Assembly: GCA_963815655.1 (NCBI GenBank)
Contig: CAWFHK010000001.1
Coordinates: 1,628,903 to 1,692,902, forward strand
Origin: an uncultured Acidobacteriota bacterium
GTDB taxonomy: Bacteria > Acidobacteriota > Thermoanaerobaculia > UBA5066 > Gp7-AA6
DNA: 64,000 nt
Direction: 5' to 3'
Made by a program: the position numbers and the translations under genes. The notes below the pieces were generated by a model. It saw only the letters and a program-made list of their open reading frames with translations, searched no databases and had not been told where the DNA came from. Shown here piece after piece: positions 1-10,894 of the stretch (the stretch's first letter is position 1; every line of letters begins with the position of its first letter).

Positions 1-197
1 AACTTCCCGAAGTTCATGATCCGGCAGACCGGCGGTTTGGCCGTCGGGGCGATCTCGACCAGGTCGAGGCTCGCTTCCTTCGCCTTCTGGAGAGCTTCGG
101 CCATCGGGACGATCCCGAGGGGCTCTCCGGATTCGCCGATCAGGCGGACTTCCTTCCACCGGATCTGTTCGTTGACACGGATGCTTTTCTTATCGAT
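1..197 (-). CDS. infC: Translation initiation factor IF-3, N-terminal part (runs off window), non-canonical ATC start
   Basis: Manual translation [75 protein letters not shown] precedes ATC at 197. Directly downstream of thrS. Confidence 0.95.
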   Translation of the reverse strand, partial: MDKKSIRVNEQIRWKEVRLIGESGEPLGIVPMAEALQKAKEASLDLVEIAPTAKPPVCRIMNFGK

Positions 198-251
198 TCT
201 TCACCTCCACAGGCGGCGCTTCGCGCCGCCTAGCAACGGGTCCCGCCGGGA

Positions 252-2201
252 TCATCCGGCTGCGCTCTTCAATTCCTGGCGTCTTTCCGCGATGGCTTCT
301 CGCGCGAGCGAGACGAAGTCCTCCACGGGGAGGGTCCCGGCGTCCCCGCCGTGCCGGAGCCGGACCGAGACAGTGCCGGCCGCGGCCTCCTTCTCGCCGA
401 TCACGAGCATGGCGGGGATCTTCTGCATCTCGGCCCTCCGGATGCGGGCGCCGAGCTTCTCGTTGCGGTCGTCCAGCTCGACTCGCAGTCCGGCGGCGGA
501 GAGCCGGCCGGCCGCCTCGCGCGCCGGGGCCGCGAACCGGTCGGAGACGGGCAGCACGGCCGCGTGGACCGGGGCGATCCAGAACGGGAAGTTCCCCGCG
601 GTGTGCTCGATCAGGATGCCGAGGAAGCGCTCGAAGGACCCGAGGATCGCGCGGTGCATGACGACCGGACGGTGCTGCTGGCCGTCCTCGCCGATGTAGG
701 TCAGGTCGAAGCTCTCCGCATGCTCGAAGTCGCACTGGATCGTGCCGAGCTGCCAGGGGCGGCCGAGCGCGTCCTTCACGCGGAAGTCGATCTTCGGGCC
801 GTAGAAGGCGCCGTCGCCGGGCGTCACGACGTGGGGCCGCTTCGCCTTCGCGAGCGCCGCGGCCAGCGCGGTCTCGCCGCGGTCCCAGAGCTCGTCGGCC
901 CCGATGCGCTTCTCGGGGCGCAGGCCGAGGGAGATCTCGACGTCGGTGAAGCCGAAGGCGCTATAGACCGCGTCCACGAAGTCGAGGAAACGGAAGATCT
1001 CGTCCTCGACCTTCTCGAACGGCGTGAAGATGTGGGCGTCGTCCTGGGAGAACGTCCGCACGCGCGTCAGGCCCGCGGTGACGCCGGAAAGCTCGTAGCG
1101 GTGGAGCCGGCCGAAGTCGGCGAACCGCACCGGCAGGTCGCGGTACGACCAGAGCCGCGTCTTGTAGAGGAGGAAATGCCCCGGGCAGTTCATCGGCTTG
1201 ACGCCGAACTCCCGCTCGTCGATCTCCGTCCAGTACATGTTCTCGTGGTAATTCGCGTAGTGGCCGGAGAGCTTGAAGAGCTCGGCGTCGAAGATCTGCG
1301 GGGTCACGACCTCCTGGTAGCCGCGGAGGGCGTACTCGGTCCGGAGGTAGTCGAAGAGGCCGTTGTAGAGCGCCGTCCCCTTCGGATGGAAGAACGGCGA
1401 CGCGGGCGCCCACGGGTGGAAGGAGAAGAGGTCGAGTTCCCGGCCGAGCTTCCGATGGTCCCGCTCCTTCGCCTCTTCCATCCGCTTCAGGTGCTCGTCG
1501 AGCTCCTTCTGCGTGAGGAACGAGGCCCCGTAGATGCGCTGGAGCATCGGGTTGTGCTCGTCCCCCTTCCAGTAGGCGCCCGCCGTGTGCGTCAGCTTGA
1601 AGACGCCGAGCTTCCCCGTCGAGGCGACGTGGGGGCCGCGGCAGAGGTCCACGAATTCCCCCTGCCGGTAGCAGGAGACGCGCTCCCCTTCCGGGATGCC
1701 GCGCGCGATCTCGACCTTCAGGGCGTCCCCCTGCTTCTCGAAGATCGCGATCGCCTCGGACAGCGGCATGTCCTTCCGCTCGATCGCGAAGTCCTCGCCG
1801 ACGATCTTGCGCATCTCGGCCTCGATCGCGGCGAGGTCCTCCGGCGTGAAGGGCCGGGCCGGGTTGAAGTCGTAGTAGTAGCCGTTCTCGATCGGAGGAC
1901 CGATCCCGATCTGGACGTCGGGGAAGAGGCGCTTGACCGCCTGCGCGGTCAGGTGCGCCGTGGAGTGGCGGTAGATCGGCACCGCGTCGGGCGACTTCGC
2001 CGTGACGATCTCGAGCGACGCGTCCGATTCGATCGGCGTGACCAGGTCCACGACGGCGCCGTCGAGCTTGCCCGCCCAGGCGTCCTTCGCGAGCCGCGGC
2101 CCGATCCCCTGCGCGACCTCGCGGACGGTCGTCCCCCGCGGAACGGATCGCTTGGATCCGTCCGGCAGCGTGACCGTCACCATGTCCGTCCGGCTTTCCA
2201 T
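252..2201 (-). CDS. thrS: Threonyl-tRNA synthetase
   Basis: TGS domain, HSTAHL, DLCRGPH, KPMNCPGH, GAFYGPKID motifs. Start at 2201 (GGAGAG SD) or 2183. Confidence 0.98.
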   Translation of the reverse strand: MESRTDMVTVTLPDGSKRSVPRGTTVREVAQGIGPRLAKDAWAGKLDGAVVDLVTPIESDASLEIVTAKSPDAVPIYRHSTAHLTAQAVKRLFPDVQIGIGPPIENGYYYDFNPARPFTPEDLAAIEAEMRKIVGEDFAIERKDMPLSEAIAIFEKQGDALKVEIARGIPEGERVSCYRQGEFVDLCRGPHVASTGKLGVFKLTHTAGAYWKGDEHNPMLQRIYGASFLTQKELDEHLKRMEEAKERDHRKLGRELDLFSFHPWAPASPFFHPKGTALYNGLFDYLRTEYALRGYQEVVTPQIFDAELFKLSGHYANYHENMYWTEIDEREFGVKPMNCPGHFLLYKTRLWSYRDLPVRFADFGRLHRYELSGVTAGLTRVRTFSQDDAHIFTPFEKVEDEIFRFLDFVDAVYSAFGFTDVEISLGLRPEKRIGADELWDRGETALAAALAKAKRPHVVTPGDGAFYGPKIDFRVKDALGRPWQLGTIQCDFEHAESFDLTYIGEDGQQHRPVVMHRAILGSFERFLGILIEHTAGNFPFWIAPVHAAVLPVSDRFAAPAREAAGRLSAAGLRVELDDRNEKLGARIRRAEMQKIPAMLVIGEKEAAAGTVSVRLRHGGDAGTLPVEDFVSLAREAIAERRQELKSAAG

Positions 2202-2216
2202 CCGATTCGACTCTCC

Positions 2217-2245
2217 AAAAAACAAAAACGCGGGTCTCCCCGCGT
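2217..2245 (-). terminator. Intrinsic terminator-like hairpin between the tRNAs and thrS
   Basis: Minus strand ACGCGGG-GAGA-CCCGCGT followed by TTTTGTTTTTT. Confidence 0.65.
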
Positions 2246-2258
2246 CGAAACCTGTCAT

Positions 2259-2334
2259 TGGTAGGCGCTAACGGGCTCGAACCGTTGACCTCTACCGTGT
2301 GAAGGTAGCGCTCTACCAGCTGAGCTAAGCGCCT
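2259..2334 (-). tRNA. tRNA-Val(CAC)
   Basis: Cloverleaf AGGCGCT...CTACC-TT-CAC-AC-GGTAG...GGTTCGAG...AGCGCCT-ACCA. Confidence 0.96.
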
Positions 2335-2349
2335 TCGTTCCAAGCAAGT

Positions 2350-2424
<75 letters not shown>

Positions 2425-2615
2425 GTTCGAAGGTCCCGGCCGTGCCATCGCCCGGCCGAGGGGCTACGGGCCGGAAGCCCGCGGGGGCATTTTGCTGGGG
2501 CTCGGGGAATCCCGAGACCTTCCGTCCGGCCTTCGTCCCTGATTGAAAAAGAGCGTTTCCCGGGCTTCCCGAGCCCGCGAAGCGGCGCAATTTACCACAG
2601 AACCGTTGAGACGGG

Positions 2616-2666
2616 GTTCGGTGTTCGGTGCCCGGTGCTCGGGAAGGCCCGACCGGGCACCGAACA
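2616..2666. repeat. Heptamer tandem repeat (G[TC][TC]CGGT)n with inverted counterpart
   Basis: gttcggt gttcggt gcccggt gctcgg ... ccgggca ccgaaca. Confidence 0.75.
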
Positions 2667-2759
2667 GGAGAATCTGAAAAGCTCGCTAACTCTCGTGTAC
2701 GGTCGAGCCAAAGTGTCGTATATGGAGATGACGATGCGGACAGAGCCGCGCTTCTCCCG

Positions 2760-3770
2760 ATGAAGCTCGTCATCCAGATCCCCGCGTGGAACGAGGAGGC
2801 CTCGCTGCCGGAAGCGCTGGCGGCGGTGCCGCGGACGCTTCCCGGCTTCTCCGAGGTGGCCATTCTCGTCGTGGACGACGGCTCGACCGACGGCACCGCG
2901 GAAGCGGCCCGCGCCGGCTTCGCCGACAGGGTGATCAGCTTCTCCAAGCACCGGGGGCTCGCGGCGGCTTTCTCCTCCGGCGTGGACGAATCGCTGGCCA
3001 TGGGCGCCGACGTGATCGTCAATTTCGACGCCGACCTCCAGTACGACGCCGCCGACATCCCTGCCCTCGTCGCGCCGATCCTCGCGGGACGGGCCGACCT
3101 GGTCGTGGGCGACAGGCAGCCGGGCAAGCTGGCCCATTTCTCTCCCGCCAAGCGCCTGTTGCAGCGGCTGGGAAGCTGGATGGTCCGGCAGGCCTCGGGG
3201 CTCCAGGTCCAGGACGCCACGTCCGGTCTCCGGGCCTTCACGCGGGAGGCCGCCCGGCGGATGAACGTCTTCTCGAAGATGACCTACACGCTCGAGACGC
3301 TGATCCAGGCCGGCTTCAAGGACCTGCGCGTGGTTTCCGTGCCCGTGTCGGCGCGGCCGGTGCGCCGGGCCTCGCGGCTCTTCTCCTCTCCCACGCGGTA
3401 CGTGCTGATCCAGGGCGCGAACGTCCTGCGCATCACGGCCCTCTACAAGCCCTTGAAGATCTTCTCGGGGGCGGGGGCCATCTTCTTCCTCTTCGGGGCC
3501 GCTCTCGGGCTGCGGGTCCTCCTCGCTCACTGGAGGGGCGACACCGCGAACCACGCCGTGTCGCTGACGCTCGCGGCGGTGCTCGTGACGATCGGCGTGC
3601 TGACTTTCCTGATCGCGCTGCTCGCCGACATCGTCGCGATCAACCGCGAGCTCCTCGAAGACATGAAGCTGCGCGAAAGCCGCAACCGGGCCGCGGAGGC
3701 CAGGTTGCGAAAAGTCGAATTCCGCAGGGATAGCGACGAGGTGCGGATCGAGAGAGTCGAAAGCGAATGA
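2760..3770 (+). CDS. Glycosyltransferase family 2 (DPM synthase-like) with C-terminal TM helices
   Basis: [39 protein letters not shown]. Confidence 0.9.
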   Translation: MKLVIQIPAWNEEASLPEALAAVPRTLPGFSEVAILVVDDGSTDGTAEAARAGFADRVISFSKHRGLAAAFSSGVDESLAMGADVIVNFDADLQYDAADIPALVAPILAGRADLVVGDRQPGKLAHFSPAKRLLQRLGSWMVRQASGLQVQDATSGLRAFTREAARRMNVFSKMTYTLETLIQAGFKDLRVVSVPVSARPVRRASRLFSSPTRYVLIQGANVLRITALYKPLKIFSGAGAIFFLFGAALGLRVLLAHWRGDTANHAVSLTLAAVLVTIGVLTFLIALLADIVAINRELLEDMKLRESRNRAAEARLRKVEFRRDSDEVRIERVESE

Positions 3771-3773
3771 GCG

Positions 3774-3859
3774 CGGTTCTCGGTGCCCGGTGCCCGGTGC
3801 CCGGTGCCCGGATCCGCGGGGGCCTAACCGAACACAGAGCACCGGGCACCGAACACCGG
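3774..3859. repeat. Heptamer tandem repeat (CGGTGCC)n with inverted counterpart
   Basis: (cggtgcc)x4 then ccgaaca cagagca ccgggca ccgaaca. Same family as 2616-2666. Confidence 0.85.
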
Positions 3860-3870
3860 CCCCGGTTTCT

Positions 3871-4449
3871 TCACGTCCACTCCCCCGCCTTCCTCGTCAT
3901 GACGGGCGCGCCTTCGAGCATCGTCAGGATCGCCTGCGTGTTGTCCGCCACGGCGTAAAGGATGCGGTCGTCGGGGCGCGCGTATTTTCTCTGGATCGCC
4001 ACTTCGAACTGGGCGAGCAGGAGGTCGAAATACCCTCCGATGTTCGCGAAAACGATCGGCTTGCCGTGGATGCCCATGCGCTTCCAGGTCACCATCTCGA
4101 GCGTCTCCTGGAACGTCCCGAAGCCTCCCGGGAACGCCACGAACGCGTCCGACAGCTCGAACAGAAGCTGCTTGCGCTCGTGCATCGTGCCGACCATCTT
4201 CAACTCTGTCAGGCCGCGGTGGGGAGACTCTCTCCCCTCGAGCGCCTTCGGCATGACGCCGATGACTCTCCCGCCGGCGGCGAGCACCTCATCGGCGACG
4301 GCCCCCATGAGGCCGGTGGAGGCGCCTCCGTACACCAGGCCGACGCCCCGGCGCGCGATTTCCCGCCCGAACGTCCGGATTTCCCGCTCCACCTCCTGGT
4401 CGAGGCGAGAGGCCGAGCTGCAATAGACGCCGACGCGCCGCAACTCCAT
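3871..4449 (-). CDS. LOG family nucleotide phosphoribohydrolase
   Basis: LVYGGASTGLMG, MHERK, FPGGFGTFQE (PGGxGTxxE). Confidence 0.92.
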   Translation of the reverse strand: MELRRVGVYCSSASRLDQEVEREIRTFGREIARRGVGLVYGGASTGLMGAVADEVLAAGGRVIGVMPKALEGRESPHRGLTELKMVGTMHERKQLLFELSDAFVAFPGGFGTFQETLEMVTWKRMGIHGKPIVFANIGGYFDLLLAQFEVAIQRKYARPDDRILYAVADNTQAILTMLEGAPVMTRKAGEWT

Positions 4450-4458
4450 CGTTCGATC

Positions 4459-5025
4459 TTACACGGCGAAGCGGCTGCCGGGTGTGTCGAGGGGACGCCC
4501 CTCGCGGCAGAGCGGGCACTCGGCTTCCGGCCACGATGGCACGGAGAGGGAGAGCAGTGAGCGCGCCGGCACCGGGAACGCTCCGGGAGGCAGGCCGCGA
4601 TCCACGATCGAGCCGGCCGCGACGACCCGGCCGCCGGACGCGACGGCCCTGTCGATGACCTCGCGCGTGGACTTGCCCGTCGTGAAGACGTCTTCCACGA
4701 CGGCGGTCCTCTCCCCCGGCTCCAGCCGGAAACCGCGCCGCAGCGTAAACGTCCCGTCCTGGCGCTCCGCGAAGAGGAAGGGGACGCCCAGAGCGCGCGC
4801 CGTCTCGTGCCCGATGATGATGCCCCCGAGCGCCGGCGATACGACCACGCCCGGCGCGAACTCGCGGAGTCTTTCCGCCAGCTCCCGCCCGGCCGCCTCC
4901 GCGCGCCGCGGAAACATCAGGAGGCGCGCGCACTGCAGGTAGCGGTCGGAGTGGAGACCGCTCGACAGCCGGAAATGGCCGGTCAGGAGCGCTCCCGTGT
5001 CGGTGAAGTCCTGAAGCGTGATCAC
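4459..5025 (-). CDS. pyrE: Orotate phosphoribosyltransferase
   Basis: GHFRLSSGLHSDRY and PRPP motif VVEDVFTTGKS. Confidence 0.95.
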   Translation of the reverse strand: MITLQDFTDTGALLTGHFRLSSGLHSDRYLQCARLLMFPRRAEAAGRELAERLREFAPGVVVSPALGGIIIGHETARALGVPFLFAERQDGTFTLRRGFRLEPGERTAVVEDVFTTGKSTREVIDRAVASGGRVVAAGSIVDRGLPPGAFPVPARSLLSLSVPSWPEAECPLCREGRPLDTPGSRFAV

Positions 5026-5040
5026 TCGAAGAGCTTATGG

Positions 5041-5110
5041 TTTCAAGTTTCAAGTTCCAAGTTTCAAGTTTCAAGTGGCCGACTGAAACCTGAAACTTGA
5101 AACCTGAAAC
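5041..5110. repeat. AT-rich heptamer palindromic array (TTTCAAG)5-7nt-(CTGAAAC)4
   Basis: Read directly. The two arms are near reverse complements. Confidence 0.9.
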
Positions 5111-8073
5111 TACTCTTTCCCGGCCGGCTTCAGGATGACGCCGCTATGCGACCGGCCGTTGATCGCGATGACGACCGGAGACTCGAAGGAAAGATGGCGC
5201 ACGAACCCCGTTTCGGCGGCGGCCGGCGCCGCGCGAAGCCACTCCCAGTCGACGAATCCCTCCCCCGCGTCCGGGTTGACCGTGAAGTAACCGATGTTGC
5301 CCGCGGCGAGGTTCTGGAAGAAATGGCTCCCCTGGGAGGGTGTCACCTTGAGATCGGCGAAGCCGGCCTCAACGATCGCCCGGGCTCCCGCGATCTGGTC
5401 CCAGCCGACCGGGATGCCCAGGAAAGGGTCGGCAGACCCCCACCGGCCCACGCCGATCAGCAGGTACGGCCGCCGCTGCTCCTGGAGCCGGGCGTTGAAC
5501 CGGGCCACCGTTTGCGCGATCTCCCGGGTGCGGGACCGATCGAAGCCCTTCGCCTCCATGACGATCACGTCGCGCACGCCGTCGATGCTGCCGTGGCCGA
5601 GCACGCTCGAGCTCTCGCAGAGAACACGCTCGCGCTCGACCGGCTCGAGCTCCGGCCCGGAGGGCTCCCGGATGCGGCCGAGCGGCCGCAGCTGCAGCAC
5701 GCCGAACTCGGGCGTCCCGGCGGGCGGGAAATGCACCGCGAACTCGATCTCCACTGGCACGCTCGTGCCCCCGACCGCGACGCCGAGCAGGGCGTCGAGC
5801 ACTTCCGCCAGGGGAAACAGGCCGTGTTTCAGGATCGGCGCGAACGTGACGAGGCGGACGCCGGCGCGGGAGATCCCGTCGGACACGACGTCGTTTTCCG
5901 GCGAGTAGGTCGAGCCGACCCGGGCGAGCGTCCCGTCCTCTTCGGCCGCGGCCAGGTCGAAGCGGGCCAGGGCGAAGCCGTTCGGACTGTCCTGCCCGAG
6001 CTCCAACGCGTAGAAGTCGCGCTGCGCGTTGGCCAGGGTGTCCTTGACCGAGGAGAACTGCACGATGTTGCGCGGATAACGGGGGCAGAACCGGAAGCAC
6101 GGCTGTCCGGAGACGACGATCTCGCCCAGCCCCAGCGCCACGGCGGCGATGCCGTCCTCCGAGCGCATGGGAGCGAGCGGGTAGTAGTTGTAGGAGCGGG
6201 CGACGCCGGCCAGGTCGGGATAGAAGCGCCGGCCCCGCGCGCCGCCCACGATGCGCTGGAGCACGACGGCCATCTTCTCCTCCTCGAGCCGGTACGGCCC
6301 GCCCGCGAGGTACTGCTTCGCCGCGCGCTTGAAGGTGGACGCGAACACCCGCTTGATGGCCGTCTGGAGCTGCCGCAGGCGGACCTCGGCGCTCGCGTCG
6401 TCGTTGCCGAGCATGAACGTGTCGTAGATGCCCGCGAACGGCTGGTAGAGAGAGTCCTCGAGCAGGCTCGACGAGCGGACCGCGAGCGGATACCGGACCG
6501 CCTCCACGAGGGCCGTGAGGTCCCGGACGACGGCGGGCGGTAGCTCCGCCTCGACGAAGCGGCGGGCGATCCCGGCTTCGTCGGCGGTGTTCAGCGCGAA
6601 GTCCCGAAGCCCGTCCCGCTCCAGAAACTCGTCGAAGACGTCCGTGCCGAGCACGACCGACGGGGGCACGCAAATGCGCACGCCGGGAAACCGGGAGGAA
6701 ACGCGCGACTCGGCGAGGAGGAGGTCCACGAACGCCAGGCCGCGCGCCTTCCCGCCGAGCGACCCGCGTCCGAGGCGGGAGAAGGTCGTCAGCGGGCTGT
6801 ACGTCGAACGGTCGAAGTCCACGACGACGCCGCGGCGGGTCTGCTCCCGGTACTCGCGGATCGCGCGGAGGACCTCGCGCCGCAGGTGCTCGACGCTCTC
6901 GAAGTCGGAGACCTTGCGGGGACGCAGCTCGTGGGCGAGCGCGAATTCCGTCCGGGCCTTGAACCACCGGGAGAAGTGATTCTTCTCGGCGTGGTAGGCG
7001 AGGCTCTCGGCGGGCACGGTCGCGAGCTTCTCCTCGAACTCGCGCAGGTCCCCGGCGCGGGCCACCTCGCGGCGGTCCGGGGTTCGGAACACGAAGTCGC
7101 CGAAGCCCAGGTGCTCGATCATGAACCCCCGCAGCTGCTGGAGCAGCGTGGCCGAGCCCTTCTGGAGGAAGGACGCGCCGACCGATCGCGCGAGCTCCTC
7201 GTTTCCGGCGCGCGTGGATTGCAGCATCACCGGCACGTCGGGCTGGCGCTCGCGCACGCGGCGCGCGAACTCCACGCCGGCATCAGCGGCGACCCGGCCG
7301 TCCTTCGGGAACTGGATGTCCGAGATGACCCCGAGGACGTTCTCCTGGTAGTCCAGGAAGTCCCGCCACGCCTCTTCGTAGGTGGTGCAGAGGAGGATCT
7401 TCGGCTGCGCCTGCAGCCGCATGAGCTTGTGGGAGAGGTTGACCCCCTCCGGCACGAGGCTGTGGGCGTGGTGCATCATCTCGGCGTAGATCGTCGGCAG
7501 AAACGAGGAGTAGTACCGGACGTTGTCCTCGATGACGAGGATGGCCTGGATGCCGAGCGCCCCGGTGTCGTGGACGACGTTGACGCGGTCCTCGACGGAC
7601 TTGACGATCGCCGGGAGAAGGCGCACGTCTCCCTGCCACAGGAAGACGCGGTCGAGCGGCGCCGGCCCGCCCGCGGCCGAGATCTCCGCGACCTCGCGCA
7701 TGTCGTAGGCGAGCGCGACGACCGGAGCCTCGTTGCCGGCCTCCCGGAGCCGCCGGGCGAGCTCCATCGCCGACGTCTCCCCGACGTAGGCCGAGGCGAT
7801 GACGAGATCGTAGCGGGTCCGGTCCCGCGCCAGGGCGAGCGCCTCCTCCGCCGTCGCCACGTGGTCGACGGCGGGGGTCGAGCTCACGTTCAGGTCGAGG
7901 AATTCCTTGAGGATGACCTCCTGCAGCTCGCTGTCCTCGGCGAGGATGAACGAGTCATACAGGCTCGAGACGAGGAGGATGTCGCGGACGCGGAACCGCG
8001 CCAGGTCCGAGAAGCGGGGCAGCCGGACCGTCTCCCGGGAAGGGGCGCGCGCGTCGGAGCGGGAATCTGACAT
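5110..8073 (-). CDS. Receiver-like domains fused to a PEP/pyruvate-binding (PPDK/PEP synthase N-terminal ATP-grasp) domain
   Basis: REC-like segments (ILVIEDN, GVISDIQFPK), LGGKARGL, PLAVRSSSLLED, FAGIYDT, MAVVLQRIVG, GLGEIVV, C-terminal SQGSHFFQN. Confidence 0.85.
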   Translation of the reverse strand: MSDSRSDARAPSRETVRLPRFSDLARFRVRDILLVSSLYDSFILAEDSELQEVILKEFLDLNVSSTPAVDHVATAEEALALARDRTRYDLVIASAYVGETSAMELARRLREAGNEAPVVALAYDMREVAEISAAGGPAPLDRVFLWQGDVRLLPAIVKSVEDRVNVVHDTGALGIQAILVIEDNVRYYSSFLPTIYAEMMHHAHSLVPEGVNLSHKLMRLQAQPKILLCTTYEEAWRDFLDYQENVLGVISDIQFPKDGRVAADAGVEFARRVRERQPDVPVMLQSTRAGNEELARSVGASFLQKGSATLLQQLRGFMIEHLGFGDFVFRTPDRREVARAGDLREFEEKLATVPAESLAYHAEKNHFSRWFKARTEFALAHELRPRKVSDFESVEHLRREVLRAIREYREQTRRGVVVDFDRSTYSPLTTFSRLGRGSLGGKARGLAFVDLLLAESRVSSRFPGVRICVPPSVVLGTDVFDEFLERDGLRDFALNTADEAGIARRFVEAELPPAVVRDLTALVEAVRYPLAVRSSSLLEDSLYQPFAGIYDTFMLGNDDASAEVRLRQLQTAIKRVFASTFKRAAKQYLAGGPYRLEEEKMAVVLQRIVGGARGRRFYPDLAGVARSYNYYPLAPMRSEDGIAAVALGLGEIVVSGQPCFRFCPRYPRNIVQFSSVKDTLANAQRDFYALELGQDSPNGFALARFDLAAAEEDGTLARVGSTYSPENDVVSDGISRAGVRLVTFAPILKHGLFPLAEVLDALLGVAVGGTSVPVEIEFAVHFPPAGTPEFGVLQLRPLGRIREPSGPELEPVERERVLCESSSVLGHGSIDGVRDVIVMEAKGFDRSRTREIAQTVARFNARLQEQRRPYLLIGVGRWGSADPFLGIPVGWDQIAGARAIVEAGFADLKVTPSQGSHFFQNLAAGNIGYFTVNPDAGEGFVDWEWLRAAPAAAETGFVRHLSFESPVVIAINGRSHSGVILKPAGKE

Positions 8074-8139
8074 CGGAAACGAGAAGTGAACCTCACCCGG
8101 CCCGAAGATTCAATGCTCTCTGAGGCGTTTGCCTTCTTC

Positions 8140-8566
8140 ATCCGCCCCGGCTCGGGCCCGCCTCCGGCTTTCGGCCGCGGCAGTCGCTTCGCGACCGGGC
8201 GGCCGAGAGAGTTCAAACCACGGACTCGGACTGATGCGACATTGATCCGTGGCGAATACCGAACCCTGGCCGTCGCTTGTCGCTCAGTCGCACAAGACGC
8301 GAGGCAATCGTGGTCGCGTGCCGTGCTCCTTCGCTCACGCTCCTCCGGGAGGCGGTCCCGCCGCCGGGGCTTCACTCGGCATGAACCGGGCTGAGAGCCC
8401 CGGGGCCGGCGGCGTTTCCCGGAGGAGGTGATGGGTGACGAGCATGGAACGCCACGGCCGGCACCACGGTGTTACTGCGAGGAACCCTCAGCGCCGGCCG
8501 GTTCTAACCGTAACGGCCAGCCGGCGCGTGCCGACGCAGGGAAATGCCGACGGCACCAGGGCGAGT
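8140..8566 (+). repeat. Dispersed fold-back element family 1, copy A
   Basis: Aligns over about 300 nt with 12420-12725, e.g. ctcacgctcctccgggaggcgg and gccggcgcgtgccgacgcagggaaatgccgacggc. Confidence 0.85.
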
Positions 8567-8609
8567 CCCTCGCCACTACCGCAATGGGGCAAGACCGCAA
8601 ATGCGGCGC

Positions 8610-8644
8610 AAAAAAAAGCCGGGGAACCGAGCGGTTCCCCGGCT
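8610..8644 (-). terminator. Intrinsic terminator downstream of gdhA
   Basis: Minus strand long GC stem (GCCGGGGAACC...GGTTCCCCGGC) plus T8. Confidence 0.9.
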
Positions 8645-8663
8645 CCGGTTTGCCTGCGGACCG

Positions 8664-10136
<1,473 letters not shown>

Positions 10137-10260
10137 TCAATGAAAAGCGGGTCACCGCATCAAATCTACCGGCCCTCCCCCCGGGCCGTAAGATTCAAAT
10201 GCCTCAGACGGTCGAAGCCGCCGGCCGGCGCAAAGCCCCCCCCACCCCTCGCCCCGTCGC

Positions 10261-10380
10261 CTCGACACATCCACAGCGACGCACCCAATAGACCACCGGC
10301 ACCTCGCCGGCGCTCGCGGCGCGCGAAGTCTCCCGAGTAACCGCAGGGAGGAGGCGCGCGCCGCGGAAGCGGAGTGACGG
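10261..10380 (+). repeat. Hairpin repeat family 2, solitary copy
   Basis: Homologous to 14931-15050 and 15212-15328 (ccggcgctcgcggcgcg...tctcccgagtaaccg.agggaggag). Confidence 0.8.
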
Positions 10381-10848
10381 TCACGCGCCCGCCCCAATGA
10401 GCCACTGCTTCATCTGCGGGCTGCCGGCCAGGCCGGCCTGCTGGAAGACGAGCAGGCCCCCCTTCATCACGATGAAGTTGGGGATTCCCTGGACGCCGAA
10501 CTGCGCCGCGAGCTGCGGGTGCTTCTCGGTGTCCACCTTGAGGACGACGGCCCGGCCGGCCATCTCGGCCGCGGTGCGCTCGACTTCGGGGGCGGCCAGC
10601 TTGCAGGGCCCGCACCACTCCGCCCAGAAATCCACGAGGACCGGGACCTTCGCGTCCCGCGTGATCTCCCGGAAGGTCTCCGGGTCGGCCTCGATCGGGC
10701 GCTCGACCGGCGAGATCGGCGTCTTGCACGCGCCGCAGCGTCCGGCATCGGCCAGACGCTCCGCCGGGGACCGGTTCTTCCTGCCGCAGGAAGGGCACTC
10801 GAGGATCACGCCGCCCTCTCTTGCAACCCGCTTGCCTGACGACATCAT
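10381..10848 (-). CDS. trxC: Thioredoxin 2 (zinc-finger thioredoxin)
   Basis: CPSC...CGAC zinc finger and WCGPC active site. Confidence 0.92.
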   Translation of the reverse strand: MMSSGKRVAREGGVILECPSCGRKNRSPAERLADAGRCGACKTPISPVERPIEADPETFREITRDAKVPVLVDFWAEWCGPCKLAAPEVERTAAEMAGRAVVLKVDTEKHPQLAAQFGVQGIPNFIVMKGGLLVFQQAGLAGSPQMKQWLIGAGA

Positions 10849-10894
10849 TCTTCTCCCTTACAATCGCCGCCGCAACTCTCAAAAGGAGCACTCG

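Noticed and set aside
2201-2260. T-box leader for thrS
   Set aside because: Too little space and no T-box consensus; the upstream sequence is tRNA.
8140-8566. Family 1 element as a gdhA-linked riboswitch or group II intron remnant
   Set aside because: It lies downstream of the gdhA terminator and recurs in unrelated contexts; no domain V-like signature was recognised.
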